Origin: a virus
Length of the DNA: 64,000 bases
Direction: 5' to 3' (one strand)
Virus record (IMG/VR): IMGVR_UViG_3300036795_000250
Span: 32,001 to 96,000 of that record
Within the stretch, counting starts at the first letter, position 1, and each line of letters begins with the position of its first letter. Below the pieces are notes generated by a model. The model was not told the origin of the DNA, did no database searches, and saw only the letters and a program-made list of their open reading frames with translations. Of the stretch, positions 47,988 through 59,156 are shown piece by piece. Made by a program: the position numbers and the translations under genes.

Positions 47988-49879
47988 TTACTTCATTGCT
48001 TGCGCTAATACTGCGTAAACGACTAAGGCGATAGAGATGCTCATTACTAGCCACCAATCAAGGTTGGCTACGCGATGCCGCGTCCCTGTCGTGGGCAACT
48101 TCTCTGCCCATAACTTTTCCAAGCGCGCCGACTCATCTGTCACGAAGTTGTCGCCGTACTTGTGCCGCAGGAACGCGTTCCATTCGACAGTCCGTGCTGC
48201 ACGTTCACTGACCGAACCTCTCGCCAGGTGGTCTTCCCACATCTCACGCCGTCGCTCGAAGCCGCAACCACATATCCAGAGGGTCCGGAAGACGCGATGC
48301 CTGTTACCGGCGTAGTACATGAGATCAAGCGTGCTATCGAAATCCCAGTCGTCTGTGTGCTGTGAGGTCGGCTGCACCGGCACGATCAGCACACATTTGC
48401 TAGGCGGCATTGAACGGAGGTCCTTACGGTAGGTCACGCAACCTCTTCCTGTCGAGGTATCGGCCCTATGGCTGGGCTTGCTGGACGGTCACTCGGCACC
48501 GTCGATCGAGACGCCGAACGCACGAGCCACGGCGCGGGCAAGGGCCATCGAGAGTCCCGGCAGTTCGGGGATACTGATCCTCGAATCGATGGCCTGGGCG
48601 GCAGCGTCGAGCTGTTCCTGGGTGGCAGGGCGACCCGTCGCTTGCAGTTTCGTGATGGTGCACCAGGGACAGGCATGGGCTGCGAGAAAGGGAGCGTGGC
48701 CCGGGTGGGCCGGGCACTTCTTGAGCTGGCCGATGCTCACCTGTTCGGGCAGCGCCACAGTGTGATGCCAGCCATCGGCGATCAGCCGGTCGGCGGCAGG
48801 GCCCGCGTCGCGACACCGGGTGCAGTTCTCTGGCAGCCACCGCTGGTTGGCCACTGTCGACATCGGATGTGCGATGGCCACTGCGAGATCGTCCCGGTCG
48901 CTCATGACTCATGTGTCCTCGGGCGGCGCAGTTGAGCCAGATACACGCGGGTCAGTTCCTCATAGGAGGCATTGGGATGCTCACCGTGGTACGCCTCCAG
49001 GGCGCGCGCGAGCTCATCCACTCGTTGGGCTTCCCGAGCCTCACTCTTGGCCCGCCAAGCCGCGTACTGACCTAGTTCTTCGTCGTTCGCGGTGTCGGTC
49101 CAGGACGCCGTCACATTCCCGAGGACGACGTCCTCGACGGCGGTTCCTTCTGGGACCGCATCTCGCAGCAGCGCCAGGAGCAAGCCTACGGTCGGTGCCC
49201 CATCGAAGCGCAGGCATGCGCGGACGCCGTTCTCGATCTGGGCGGTCTTCTGGTAGCGGTTCAGGTGGACAGTCACGTCGCGCTTGTCACGATCACTCAC
49301 TAGTCTCTCTCCTCTCCCCGGGTCGGTGCCATCATTAGCGCCCACACACTCACGTGGGCAGTGCGTGCTACGTTGCCCGCAGGGAGAGGCCACGAAATCA
49401 CAGCGTTCTTCGGTAGCGCACTGAGCATTCCCCAGACGGCGGCGCGGCCAACATCTTCCGTGAACTGGATAGTCCAGGAGCCCCGCGCGCCCATCGCGTT
49501 GATGGCTTCGGTTGCCCCCGCGATCATCTGGTCGTTGAGGTCGCTCATGATTGACTGGTTCCCTTCAGCAGCCCGGGAATCATCCCTATTTTCTCGCCGA
49601 CCGAGGTATGCGAAGCCGATCTCGGTCGCGGGCGATGCGCAGCGCGATGACGGAGAGAGTCCGCATCTGGCCCAGGGTCTGCTCCAGCTCGGCGCGCAAG
49701 CGCACCATCTCCTCTCGTAACATCGCCCGGTCCTGGCACGCCCGGCGATAGCCACGCTCCAGCTCGACTCGGGTATGTCGGCTGGGTAGTTCGAAGAAAG
49801 TGACATGCTCGATGCTGCCGTAGCAGATGGCTCGTACCGCACCATCGACCAGCTCGTCCCGTTGTGGTATGGCGCTCAT
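47988..49879 (-). CDS. Cluster of small hypothetical genes (47988-48437, 48489-48905, 48902-49300, 49300-49548, 49586-49879)
   Basis: Co-oriented, mostly overlapping ORFs; no family recognised. Confidence 0.45.
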
Positions 49880-50187
49880 GTCGAGCTCGCTTGGCCCTCC
49901 GACGATCGTTCGATCGGCAGCAGCGACATCACGATGTAGTTCTCCGCAACGCCCACACCCGTGTAGGCAAATCCGATGTGGAATCTCAGCTCGCGACCGG
50001 TCCAGCGATTGTTGGTGCAGTCCTGCCGGTCACACTCGTGGTCCTTGTCCTTGTCGTACTCGCGCAGTCGTAAGGTGTCGCCTGCCTGGAAGCCTCGATC
50101 GTTGAGCCGAACCTCGAAGGTCTTCTCGCCGGACACCAGCCGATTGAAATAGACCGGCCAGGTTTTCAGCTCATGCTCACTGGACAT
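49876..50187 (-). CDS. DUF3850 / ASCH-like domain protein
   Basis: HELKTWPVYF..GEKTFEVRLNDRGFQAGDTLRLREY. Confidence 0.88.
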   Translation of the reverse strand: MSSEHELKTWPVYFNRLVSGEKTFEVRLNDRGFQAGDTLRLREYDKDKDHECDRQDCTNNRWTGRELRFHIGFAYTGVGVAENYIVMSLLPIERSSEGQASST

Positions 50188-51069
50188 CGAGCTGCTCCTG
50201 CACATCAGCCAGGCGGGCCCGTGTCGTGGCACCGCAGCGTGGACACTGCCATTCCGGTAGTACGCTCAACCGGGCTCGGAGATCGCTGATCGTGTCCGTG
50301 GCACTGCGCAGGAGTTCCTGGCTGGCCTCGAACGCGGAGACGTCCTGCTCGGTCTGAGCGATGCGATCCCGCAACGCGGACTCACCGAAGCGGTTCTCCC
50401 ACATCGCCAGTTCGGTCTGTGCTCGTTCCAACTCGTCCAGCAGGTGCGGTCGTTCGCAGCCCTTGCACGGGATGTCGGGCGAGCACTTCTCGGAGCAGTC
50501 GAAGCACCAGGCCCGGGTGCCGGTTGTGCGGTGCTCTCCGCACTCGCGTCCATCCAGGTCAGTGAATTCGGCTCCGTTCGGTGGGGCGCTCACTGTGGTC
50601 TCGGTGTCGGGCTGCACCATGTCACCGTGCAGCGCCGTGTCGAGTTGCCCGCGCAGATCCAGCAACTCTTGGAGCTTGGCCGCGTACGCAATCTGCTGAT
50701 CGAGTTTGGCTTGCATGTGTCGTAACACGACGTCGACGTCTCGCAGTTCGGCGCGGAGCGACTCGTTGATCGTCGCGATCTCCTCCGCACCGTGCAGCAG
50801 TGTGGCAAACGCCTCGTCGTCGATGGGCTGCTCGATAGCCGCTTCGCCATAGATTTGATCGGTCATGCTTCCTCCTGCACCGTAGTAGCGTCCTGTTCGG
50901 TGGGTCCGCTGCCGCGCAAGGCAGCGCGGAACGGGAGGGCCTGGCGGCCGTTGCGGAGCAAGATCAGGTCGAACGATCTGCCGTCGGCCGCGTAGCACCG
51001 TTCCCGGCGGATCGCATCGAGCACGCGCTGCGGGATGGTGAGACGAACATCGACCAGGTTGCGAGTCAC
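50177..51069 (-). CDS. Two hypothetical genes (50177-50866 coiled coil with Cys motifs; 50863-51069)
   Basis: AGGAGG SD at the 50866 start; CGEHR..WCFDC..CKGC motif. Confidence 0.55.
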
Positions 51070-51087
51070 AACTGTTCCCCTTTCCTC

Positions 51088-52026
51088 TCATACCCAGAGC
51101 GTGACGAGGGATTCCAGGACTCCGTCCCGTGCTCCTGCTGCCAGTGCCGCGTCGAGCGTGGCCAGCACCCGCCACCGAGCGCGGCAGTGCTCGCTCGGGT
51201 AGCGGTCGAGCACGGGCAGATATTTCTCCGCCAGGCTGAAGGGCAGATCCGGCAGCAGGGCGATGTCCCGCCGGGACATCCCGGTGTGCACCGCCTCGCG
51301 CAGCTGCGCCATGACGGTCAAGCCGGAATCCAGCTGGCCGACGATGCGCCGGTAGTCCGTGGTAGGCAGCAGCGGGACCAGGCTGTGTGCGACACGACCT
51401 TTCAACAGCATCACCGCATCGGCGAATCGGTCCGTCGGAGCCTCATCGCACAATTCGTCGATGGCCGCAGCACTGGGAGCCTCGTCGAACAGCGCGAGCT
51501 TGCCGCTGACGCTCTTGAGCTGGTGCAAGGATCCCGCGCTGCGCTGTGCCAGGTAGCCCGCCGTGGCATCGGTGAGCGGGACCATGCTCTGTACCCACGG
51601 CACCAGTTCCGACACGGGTGGACGGCGGCACTCCACGATGTGTCCGGCGCGTCGGATCAAGCCGATATGGTCATGGGCTGGCGCCGTAGCCGCGCTGGAC
51701 ACAAACAGTAGGTATGTCATGGGGTTGAGCCGCTTGCGATCGAGCCACCCCGCCAGCGGGTGCCAATCCACCAGTTGCTCCGCGTGCCTGATAGTGACCA
51801 GTCGCGGTACGTCGGCCTGCATGGGGTACTGGTGTGCGGCAGCCCAGATCACCCGGTCCGGCTCGGTGCCAGCGGTCAGACTTACTGAGTCCACCGCACC
51901 GGGTCGCAGTGCCAGGCGCAGCCGGTCGACCAGCTCTTCGACCAGGACCGGCTCGTCGCCGCAGCACCAGGTCACCCGCTTGATGTCGCTCCGGTCTGCG
52001 TGCTGGCACCACTGGTGGAAGTTCAC
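51088..52026 (-). CDS. holA: DNA polymerase III delta subunit (HolA)-like
   Basis: 312 aa; CGDEPVLVEE, RLVTIRHAE, WV..LT..TA.YL....GSL..L....KL, C-terminal LDAAL..G..LESLV; near holB. Confidence 0.75.
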   Translation of the reverse strand: MNFHQWCQHADRSDIKRVTWCCGDEPVLVEELVDRLRLALRPGAVDSVSLTAGTEPDRVIWAAAHQYPMQADVPRLVTIRHAEQLVDWHPLAGWLDRKRLNPMTYLLFVSSAATAPAHDHIGLIRRAGHIVECRRPPVSELVPWVQSMVPLTDATAGYLAQRSAGSLHQLKSVSGKLALFDEAPSAAAIDELCDEAPTDRFADAVMLLKGRVAHSLVPLLPTTDYRRIVGQLDSGLTVMAQLREAVHTGMSRRDIALLPDLPFSLAEKYLPVLDRYPSEHCRARWRVLATLDAALAAGARDGVLESLVTLWV

Positions 52027-52334
52027 GTTGGGCGACCGTTGGGGCTGATGATGCCGCCACTAGGCGGTTGTTGCAGCGGGGCCAGCAGCCGCGTTCGGTT
52101 GGCTTGCTGCGTACCGGCATCCAAGATCTCGGCGATCGCTGTCTCGAAGCCGATCTCAAAGGTCTGGATGTCCTCGTCGGTCAGTTGCAAACGGACCTGC
52201 ATAAATTCGATGAAGCTGTTCAGGCGCAGCATCACCACAGTGGAGCCTTCCAGCGCAACGCCCTGCATCTGAAGCGCCTGCAACTTCTCCCGGTTGGACT
52301 GGCGCAGCGCATTCAGTGGTTCGATCTCGTCCAC
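52023..52334 (-). CDS. Hypothetical protein
   Basis: Overlaps both holB and holA. Confidence 0.55.
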   Translation of the reverse strand: MDEIEPLNALRQSNREKLQALQMQGVALEGSTVVMLRLNSFIEFMQVRLQLTDEDIQTFEIGFETAIAEILDAGTQQANRTRLLAPLQQPPSGGIISPNGRPT

Positions 52335-53131
52335 TAGTGCTCCTCCTCGACAAACGGCTCTATGGCTACGCGAATAGCTAGCGTGTCTCGTACACCTGTC
52401 ACACTGCCCAGCGCTAAAATCATTTTCCGTACAACGGTCTTCTGTTGGGCCATCCCGTATGTTTCAGCCTCGGTAAAGATTCGCCAGTTCCCGGTCGCTG
52501 CTTCATGCAGCCATCGGTAGAGCAACGCCCGAGTAAGTCCGTCGCTGGACTGACACACCCGGTGGAAAAGCCACTGATCATGCGCTGCGATGGCTTGCGC
52601 TAGCCCGAGAACATTTTCCCGAGCGGCCTCGTAGCCCACGATGATCTCGCCCGAGGGCACCGTCCCGGGAGTCAGCGCAGCTGCCGCCGCAGCCGAGCGG
52701 GTGGACATGCCCAGGTCGATGAGGATTTGGGTGACCTGCTTCAGTGGCAGATAGCCACACAGAAAGATCTGCGACCGAGATGTGATAGTGGGCGATGGGT
52801 GGTGCTGTGCCAACAGGATGAACCTCGTGGTGGGGGGTGGCGCCTCCAAGGCTGTCAACAAAATGTTCCACACCGGCTCGCCTGCCGGGAGACGAGTGAG
52901 GATCACCCGCAGAGAGCCTGACGGTGCACCCTGTGCGAAGAGCCGCATGTCCCGCGCGCTGCGGGCCGTCAGCTCATGTTCGTAGATATCCACCGGCCAG
53001 ACACCGTGATGTTGCAGGACATGGTGAGCCAACGTGCTTTTGCCTACATGCGCTGGTCCGATGAGCAGTGAGACCGTAGGCAACTCGGCTTCTAGTGCTT
53101 GACGTACGGACTCATGTCCGATGATGGCCAT
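52334..53131 (-). CDS. holB: DNA polymerase III delta-prime subunit (HolB)-like
   Basis: IIGHESV, LLIGPAHVGKSTLA, NILLTALEAPP..TRFILLA, PTITSRS. Confidence 0.8.
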   Translation of the reverse strand: MAIIGHESVRQALEAELPTVSLLIGPAHVGKSTLAHHVLQHHGVWPVDIYEHELTARSARDMRLFAQGAPSGSLRVILTRLPAGEPVWNILLTALEAPPPTTRFILLAQHHPSPTITSRSQIFLCGYLPLKQVTQILIDLGMSTRSAAAAAALTPGTVPSGEIIVGYEAARENVLGLAQAIAAHDQWLFHRVCQSSDGLTRALLYRWLHEAATGNWRIFTEAETYGMAQQKTVVRKMILALGSVTGVRDTLAIRVAIEPFVEEEH

Positions 53132-53222
53132 GTCAGGCTCCCCAGCCGCCCGGAGACGACAAGGCCGACCGTTCGGCAGTGAACCTCGCGTGCCGGCCTT
53201 GTCGAGACGATGCGAGTGCCCG

Positions 53223-53885
53223 TCACACTCGGATGTGCTGCTGTGCCTCGGCGTCCTGCTGCGGCTCGGTGCTCTGCGGGGCCTCGGTATTCTGTTCGGC
53301 CTCAGTGCTCTGCTGCTCCTCGAACCTCGCAAGAATGCGCGCCTGGTTCTCAGCGGCGACGGCGGCCTTCTGTGCGTCTTCCGCAGCCTTCTGCGCCTTG
53401 GTGCGGCGGTGGCGCTTGGGCTTCTCCGGCGGCAGCCCCACGACGGCGTCATACATCGACGCCGCTTTGCGCAAGATCGTCTCGCCGACCATGATCTTCT
53501 TGCCGGTGGACTGCTCCTTGAGCACGAACCCGTGCCGACCCCGGTTGCCGAACGGGGTTTGGAACTGTTCATCCTCGCCCAGGTGTATTTCGCCCAGGAT
53601 CAGATACTTCTTCTGGCTAAACAGCTCCGACATCTTCGCAGCCCGCGTCTTCGCCAGTTTGGTCTCGCGGCTCAGCGCAGCACTAGCAGCCTCAGTAGCT
53701 GCCTCAGGAGCTGCCGCATGCGCCTCCTGAGATACCGACTCCGCAGCGGGCCGTGAGTCAGGTTGCGCCGCCTCGCGGGCCTGAAAGTGCCCATGCGCAG
53801 CGTGTGACTGCACCTCAGCCTGACCGGAATCGCCAAAAGGTTCAAGAAACGAAGCTTCTCGGTCTGACAACGTGACCTCCCGCAC
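53223..53885 (-). CDS. Hypothetical protein with low-complexity termini
   Basis: Core GRHGFVLKE..VGETILRK; start uncertain (TTG 53870 has GGAGG SD). Confidence 0.55.
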   Translation of the reverse strand: MREVTLSDREASFLEPFGDSGQAEVQSHAAHGHFQAREAAQPDSRPAAESVSQEAHAAAPEAATEAASAALSRETKLAKTRAAKMSELFSQKKYLILGEIHLGEDEQFQTPFGNRGRHGFVLKEQSTGKKIMVGETILRKAASMYDAVVGLPPEKPKRHRRTKAQKAAEDAQKAAVAAENQARILARFEEQQSTEAEQNTEAPQSTEPQQDAEAQQHIRV

Positions 53886-54004
53886 CTATCTGTCTGCGAT
53901 CTTCTTTTCGCAGACGCGTATCGTCGCACTGATCCAGGCACCTACTGGGGCGACTAGCAACTTGGGTTTCTTTTTCGGAGGCTGAGTCCTACCGCGACAT
54001 ACGG

Positions 54005-54469
54005 TCAGCCCTTGACTCTCACTATCGGGATGCCCGCTGCTTCGGCTCGTGCCGTACAGTCCAGTGTGCCTCGATTGCGCGCCCCTATCTTCAGACACGC
54101 GATACCGGTGTCGGCGCCCAGGTTGACCATCGTTTGATTCCGCGCCAGGCCGGCCTCTGGGCAGTAGGAGGTGCCGTTGGCGTGCATCGGACGTGGACCG
54201 TGCTGGCAATCCGGGTCGCAGGCACGGTTCCAGTCGGCTGGGTAACGCACGACCAGTCCGCCCCAGCCCTCCCACAACTCTTCGGCCATGCGGTCGGCGC
54301 CGCGCGCGTTCCCCGAGATCAGCAGCGTGCCGGGCTGCCACGCGTCCAGGAGCGCGGTCCGCAGGAGTTCCTCGTTGTCCCAGTACCGGGAACCGGTGAT
54401 CAGGACGTGGCGGGATCGTGGACGCTCATACCGTGGTGCGGCGCGGGGAGCAAACGCTGCCGTGGTCAT
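54005..54469 (-). CDS. SLOG superfamily (DUF2493/YspA-like) protein
   Basis: VLITGSRYW, ISGNARGAD, YPADW, AGLARNQTMV, RGT..C..A..AGIP. Confidence 0.85.
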   Translation of the reverse strand: MTTAAFAPRAAPRYERPRSRHVLITGSRYWDNEELLRTALLDAWQPGTLLISGNARGADRMAEELWEGWGGLVVRYPADWNRACDPDCQHGPRPMHANGTSYCPEAGLARNQTMVNLGADTGIACLKIGARNRGTLDCTARAEAAGIPIVRVKG

Positions 54470-54669
54470 GGCGTGGGGCCAGGTCGCTGCTTCATTGTGC
54501 TGCCTTCACACACCAATCTCGTGTGCCATGAATCTCGCGCAGCCACTCCACACACGTCTCCTGCTTTCCGGGAACATGCCACGGGTCGGTTCGCAATGCC
54601 ACGTCGCGCAAGCGATGTAGTTGGTGGGCCACCCGCAGCAGCGTCGTGCGGGAACCCTTCACCACAGTC

Positions 54670-54759
54670 AGATAGCTGGTCGCAAGATAGCTGACCACAA
54701 TGCAGCTAGCCAGAAGATAGCTGGCGAGAAGATAGCTGGCGAGAAGATAGCCGGTGATA
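54670..54759. repeat. Six tandem 15-bp units (consensus AGATAGCTGGCGAGA)
   Basis: Read directly; encodes (YLLAS)n in minus ORF 54492-54764. Confidence 0.85.
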
Positions 54760-54776
54760 CGCATAGGAGTCTGTCC

Positions 54777-55466
<690 letters not shown>

Positions 55467-55518
55467 TCAAGGCGCAATGCCGCTCCAGTTTATATATCTC
55501 GTGTGCGCAACCCCAGTG

Positions 55519-55548
55519 ACGCTAGACAGGCAAGATTCGCGCTGTCAA
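55519..55548 (-). promoter_or_regulatory. SigA/HrdB-type promoter for rpf
   Basis: Minus strand TTGACA-N18-TAGCGT. Confidence 0.55.
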
Positions 55549-55687
55549 TAGCTGCGCGATACGCATCTGATTAGCCGCATGCCGTCTCGGCAAGAAAGGC
55601 AGTCAGGCCAGAGGCGCAATAGAGTGTTTCGCTCCGGCGGCACGCGGATGACCAGGCAAGACAGCCTCGAAGTGGTGCAGTGTCACG

Positions 55688-56404
55688 CTATTGGTACGGC
55701 ACTTGTTCGAACGTGGCTTCGTTGATGGTACCAAAGCTAAAAATCGCGCCGTTATGGTGAATGACCTGGAAAATGTTGGTTTGTGTAGGGAACCGTCGGC
55801 GAATAGCGACGAAGGACGCTATGGACTGGAGCGCCTTTGGATACAGCGGTACAACGGTCCGACCGTCTACATGGACAAAGATCACGCTGTACCCGTGCTC
55901 CATGATGCGGCGCAGTCGTTGACCTTCCCTTTTACTGCTGGCGCAGCGCGCATTCGTGAGCACCTCAATAGCTACGGCGCCCACAGTGATGTCGAGGTTG
56001 TATCGATCAACCGGCGTGAAGCAATCGACCATATATCCCCGTGATTTGAGCATCCTGACAATGATGTGCCCGGCGTCAGAGAGGGCCCGCTCATCCCATC
56101 GTCGTTGTCGAGCGACGGCCTGGCGGTGCAGTGCGTGCTCGGAGCTGGGCCGCGCGCGGCGGGCGCGCGCCGCCGCCTCGGTGGGAGTAACACGTTCCTC
56201 AGCAGACAGTTGCGCCGTGCGGACCAGGCCGGCCTCGGAGCAGTTCCGTAAGGGCACCCCAGCCTCGCGAATCCGACGACGGATCGTTTGCAGCCCGGCA
56301 TGATAGTGCTGGGCGAGAGCGAACACCGACTCGCCAGCTACAAACCTACGGACGATCTCCTCGGCATCGAGATCGAGTCGACGACTACCAGTCATCGTAG
56401 CCAC
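55688..56404 (-). CDS. HTH plus PD-(D/E)xK (Vsr/DUF559-like) endonuclease, free-standing homing-type, possibly degenerate
   Basis: GESVFALA.HY...TIRRRI..AGV HTH; YNLDITVGAVAIEV; GYSVIFV. Confidence 0.6.
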   Translation of the reverse strand: MATMTGSRRLDLDAEEIVRRFVAGESVFALAQHYHAGLQTIRRRIREAGVPLRNCSEAGLVRTAQLSAEERVTPTEAAARARRARPSSEHALHRQAVARQRRWDERALSDAGHIIVRMLKSRGYMVDCFTPVDRYNLDITVGAVAIEVLTNARCASSKREGQRLRRIMEHGYSVIFVHVDGRTVVPLYPKALQSIASFVAIRRRFPTQTNIFQVIHHNGAIFSFGTINEATFEQVPYQ

Positions 56405-56412
56405 CCTTCCCG

Positions 56413-57006
56413 TTAATTCCGTGCCGCGAAGAAGTTGCCGAGGTCATGTACCACATTCAGTGCGTTGGACTCGTCGATCTCGCACTGCGCGATGAGCCAT
56501 CGCCGGTAGGCTGCATCCAGATCAGCCAGATTCGAGCCTTCCAGCACGTACTGGGCGTGCTCGTGGGCGTCAGTGATGCTCCATTGCCAGCGACGTTGCC
56601 CGTCCCGGTCGTGGGGCCCCGCGTGTCCTGGTGGGACCGCGACGGCACAGGCCAGGTACGGCGTTCCGGTGAACGCGGACACGGACGGTGTGATGGACAG
56701 GGGGCCAAGGGCAGCGCTGTCCAGTTCTGGCCGATCGGCGCGGAGCATTTGCACGCTCATCGCAGCAACTTGCTCGGGCGCCTGAAGCTTCTCGGTGAGT
56801 TGCTTGAGGACGGCCGCGTCGTGCTGAGCGATGGCCGTCGCTCTGAACACTTCAGCGCTATAGGCTCTGGCCTGATCGATGTTGAGTGCGAAAATGACCT
56901 CACGCGAGAACTCGATGAACAGTACGTAGGTCCCATCAGCAGTGTACTTGGTAGACACCCACACCGCGTCGTCTGCCAGATCTGGTCTATCGGGTTCGTC
57001 GCTCAC
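56413..57006 (-). CDS. Hypothetical protein
   Basis: 197 aa, AGGAG SD. Confidence 0.6.
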   Translation of the reverse strand: MSDEPDRPDLADDAVWVSTKYTADGTYVLFIEFSREVIFALNIDQARAYSAEVFRATAIAQHDAAVLKQLTEKLQAPEQVAAMSVQMLRADRPELDSAALGPLSITPSVSAFTGTPYLACAVAVPPGHAGPHDRDGQRRWQWSITDAHEHAQYVLEGSNLADLDAAYRRWLIAQCEIDESNALNVVHDLGNFFAARN

Positions 57007-57418
57007 TCGCTCGATCTCCTCTTAAGTTGTTGGTGCGTATGGTGTTTCTCTAGAAGCCAATCTGCTATAAAGTATTGGTACAGCGGCCCGTGCTCGCGTC
57101 GGTGAAAGCAGCGAGTACCAGGAAGCCCTAAGACCATGCCGGTTCACGTTACGCGCATAAGCACGCGCTCGCCAAGGCGCTGCGTGTACTCCATACGGTG
57201 TGCATTCCGCTCTGTCTTGTTACCGTGTGACTACTCAGAGAACGATTCTTCTTGCGCCGTATACGATACAGATCATCCACAAAGGTCACGTGTACCGAGA
57301 TAAAACGACGGACAGTCCATTCGGTACACGCAGGAATGGAGATATGCCCATGCGATCAGAGACCGACGTGGTGTATCACCAGGCAGCGCTAAAGGCGGTC
57401 GGAGATCTGGACATGACG

Positions 57419-57456
57419 CCAACCTTTAAATCACCAGCATGTGATTTAAAGGTTGG
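57419..57456. repeat. AT-rich perfect 16-bp inverted repeat
   Basis: CCAACCTTTAAATCAC-CAGCAT-GTGATTTAAAGGTTGG. Confidence 0.9.
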
Positions 57457-57483
57457 TGGCTTTCCCTTGCAATCCAGGATCTC

Positions 57484-58062
57484 ATGAGAAGCCGTCGCCA
57501 GCCGTCACCGATCACCGTGGCCAACGAGCATGTGCCGATCCTGTGGGTATGCCGGCTCATCGGCATGGCCGTGCCCGACGAGATCTTCCGGGCGACCAAG
57601 GTGCGTTGCCCGTTCGGCGCCATCTACCACAGCGACCACGGCGTAGCGCCTGCGTTCCGGATTTATCCCGACGCGAACGATGCCAACTGTTTCGCGAAGT
57701 GCGGTCACTTCAGGCCGGTCTCGCTCGCCGCGTTGGCATGGGACCGTCCCCCGGCGCAGGTGGCGGTCGAACTGCTGGACCGGATCGGCTACCGACCTCT
57801 CTCACTTGCGCAGCTCTGGGCCGCAGCGGTGAGCAGGGAGCAGTCTCCTGACACCACGCTGCTGAGCCTGGCGCTGCGCGCCTATTGCGAGCGGGTGGAT
57901 CGCGACTGGCCGGTCCGTCAGTATGAGCCGGAGATCGCGGTAACCCTGGATCGATGCCTGGCCCTGCTGTCGCGGGTGCACAGCGAGGACCAGGCGGCAC
58001 AGTGGCTGACCGGTGGGAAGGCCGTGATGGACCGAGCGCTGTACCGTGAACGCCCTTGCTGA
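57484..58062 (+). CDS. Stand-alone primase-type CHC2 zinc-binding-domain protein
   Basis: KVRCPF..H.D....PAFRIY....ANCFAKC; no TOPRIM motifs. Confidence 0.65.
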   Translation: MRSRRQPSPITVANEHVPILWVCRLIGMAVPDEIFRATKVRCPFGAIYHSDHGVAPAFRIYPDANDANCFAKCGHFRPVSLAALAWDRPPAQVAVELLDRIGYRPLSLAQLWAAAVSREQSPDTTLLSLALRAYCERVDRDWPVRQYEPEIAVTLDRCLALLSRVHSEDQAAQWLTGGKAVMDRALYRERPC

Positions 58063-58093
58063 TCCAACTGCGGTACAGGTGTGGATTGTCGCC

Positions 58094-58651
58094 TCAGGCG
58101 TGACGCTGCGGCTGTGGTTCCAGCTTGTGCGCCCAGGATTCGATGGCCGCGAGGTCACGGGCGACCATGCCGGTCGCTGGGTCTACCTGGATCAGCAGCG
58201 TCTCGATGCCGTGCCGTGCCGTAACAAACCCGGTACCGCACTCTTGCCAGATGGTGAAGTCGTCGTCCAGCCAGGCGAGTGGGCGAGCACCAGCGAACTC
58301 AGCGACCGCAGCCCACTTCCAGAGCCGGGCGTGGATGCGCAGGCCGAACTCCACCACCGGCAGCACGGGCAGGCCGATGCGGGGGCCAATGGCTTCGTTC
58401 GCTTCGTGCTCCCAGGTGGTCGCCCACACCAACTCCAGGCCCACGCGCTCGGCCAGCGCGAGCAGCGTCGGCCCATGCGTCGGGTTCAGCCGCACCGGGA
58501 GTGGAGAATGCTCGCCACGTGGGGTAATCCAGTGTGTTTCGTACCCGTCCGGGAGGTGTGCCGCCTTTGCCGCGTACGGGTTCAACGGCCCGTCCACGTC
58601 CAGAAATAGGAGCGGACGGCGTGAGGCCAGCTCGCTGTGCCGTAGGCTCAC
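58094..58651 (-). CDS. HAD-superfamily phosphatase-like protein
   Basis: LLFLDVDGPLN, LVWATTW, WK, LAWLDD. Confidence 0.85.
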   Translation of the reverse strand: MSLRHSELASRRPLLFLDVDGPLNPYAAKAAHLPDGYETHWITPRGEHSPLPVRLNPTHGPTLLALAERVGLELVWATTWEHEANEAIGPRIGLPVLPVVEFGLRIHARLWKWAAVAEFAGARPLAWLDDDFTIWQECGTGFVTARHGIETLLIQVDPATGMVARDLAAIESWAHKLEPQPQRHA

Positions 58652-58962
58652 CGCGTCGTCTCTGCGGTCGTCTTAGTGACGCTGACGTAGTCCTTCGCGA
58701 GGTCGGGCCAGGACCCGAAGAACTCCGCCGCGTGGGCCAGCGAGCAATAGCGATAGTGCTTCTTGAAGAGGAAGCGGTAGACCCGAATCGCACGCTCGCG
58801 ATCGATGGTGATCGTAATGATGCTGTAGCAATAGTCGAGCGGTTTGCCACACACCTCGCATCCGGGACGTTCGGCCTCCTCGGCAGTCGCTGCGCTTGCG
58901 GCCTTCTCGATCAACACAGACCCTCCCCAACATCTTGTCTCAACAGCACGTGTTGGCAGCAA
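58648..58962 (-). CDS. Small Cys-motif (TRASH-like) protein
   Basis: CEVCGK..YCSLAH; start uncertain. Confidence 0.5.
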   Translation of the reverse strand: MLPTRAVETRCWGGSVLIEKAASAATAEEAERPGCEVCGKPLDYCYSIITITIDRERAIRVYRFLFKKHYRYCSLAHAAEFFGSWPDLAKDYVSVTKTTAETTR

Positions 58963-59156
58963 TCAACGGGAAGACCAGTGTCCTCGTCAATTAGAGACCA
59001 GTCAACCAGGGAACGTTGTTGTGTGATGCCATTTCACCCATATGCCACAGCTGATGTGGACGCTGTGGCAAGAGCGTCCGCTGTACCAACGACGCGCTTC
59101 AGTACCAGTCGACTCTCCGCAGCCTGACCTGGGATGACGCCTCCGGAGAGCGCGGG

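Noticed and set aside
54021-54029. Other CCGATAG occurrences (also ~26200, ~56988, ~63914)
   Set aside because: Inside coding regions or without a suitably placed gene; compatible with chance
54670-54759. CRISPR array
   Set aside because: Contiguous 15-bp tandem units with no spacers
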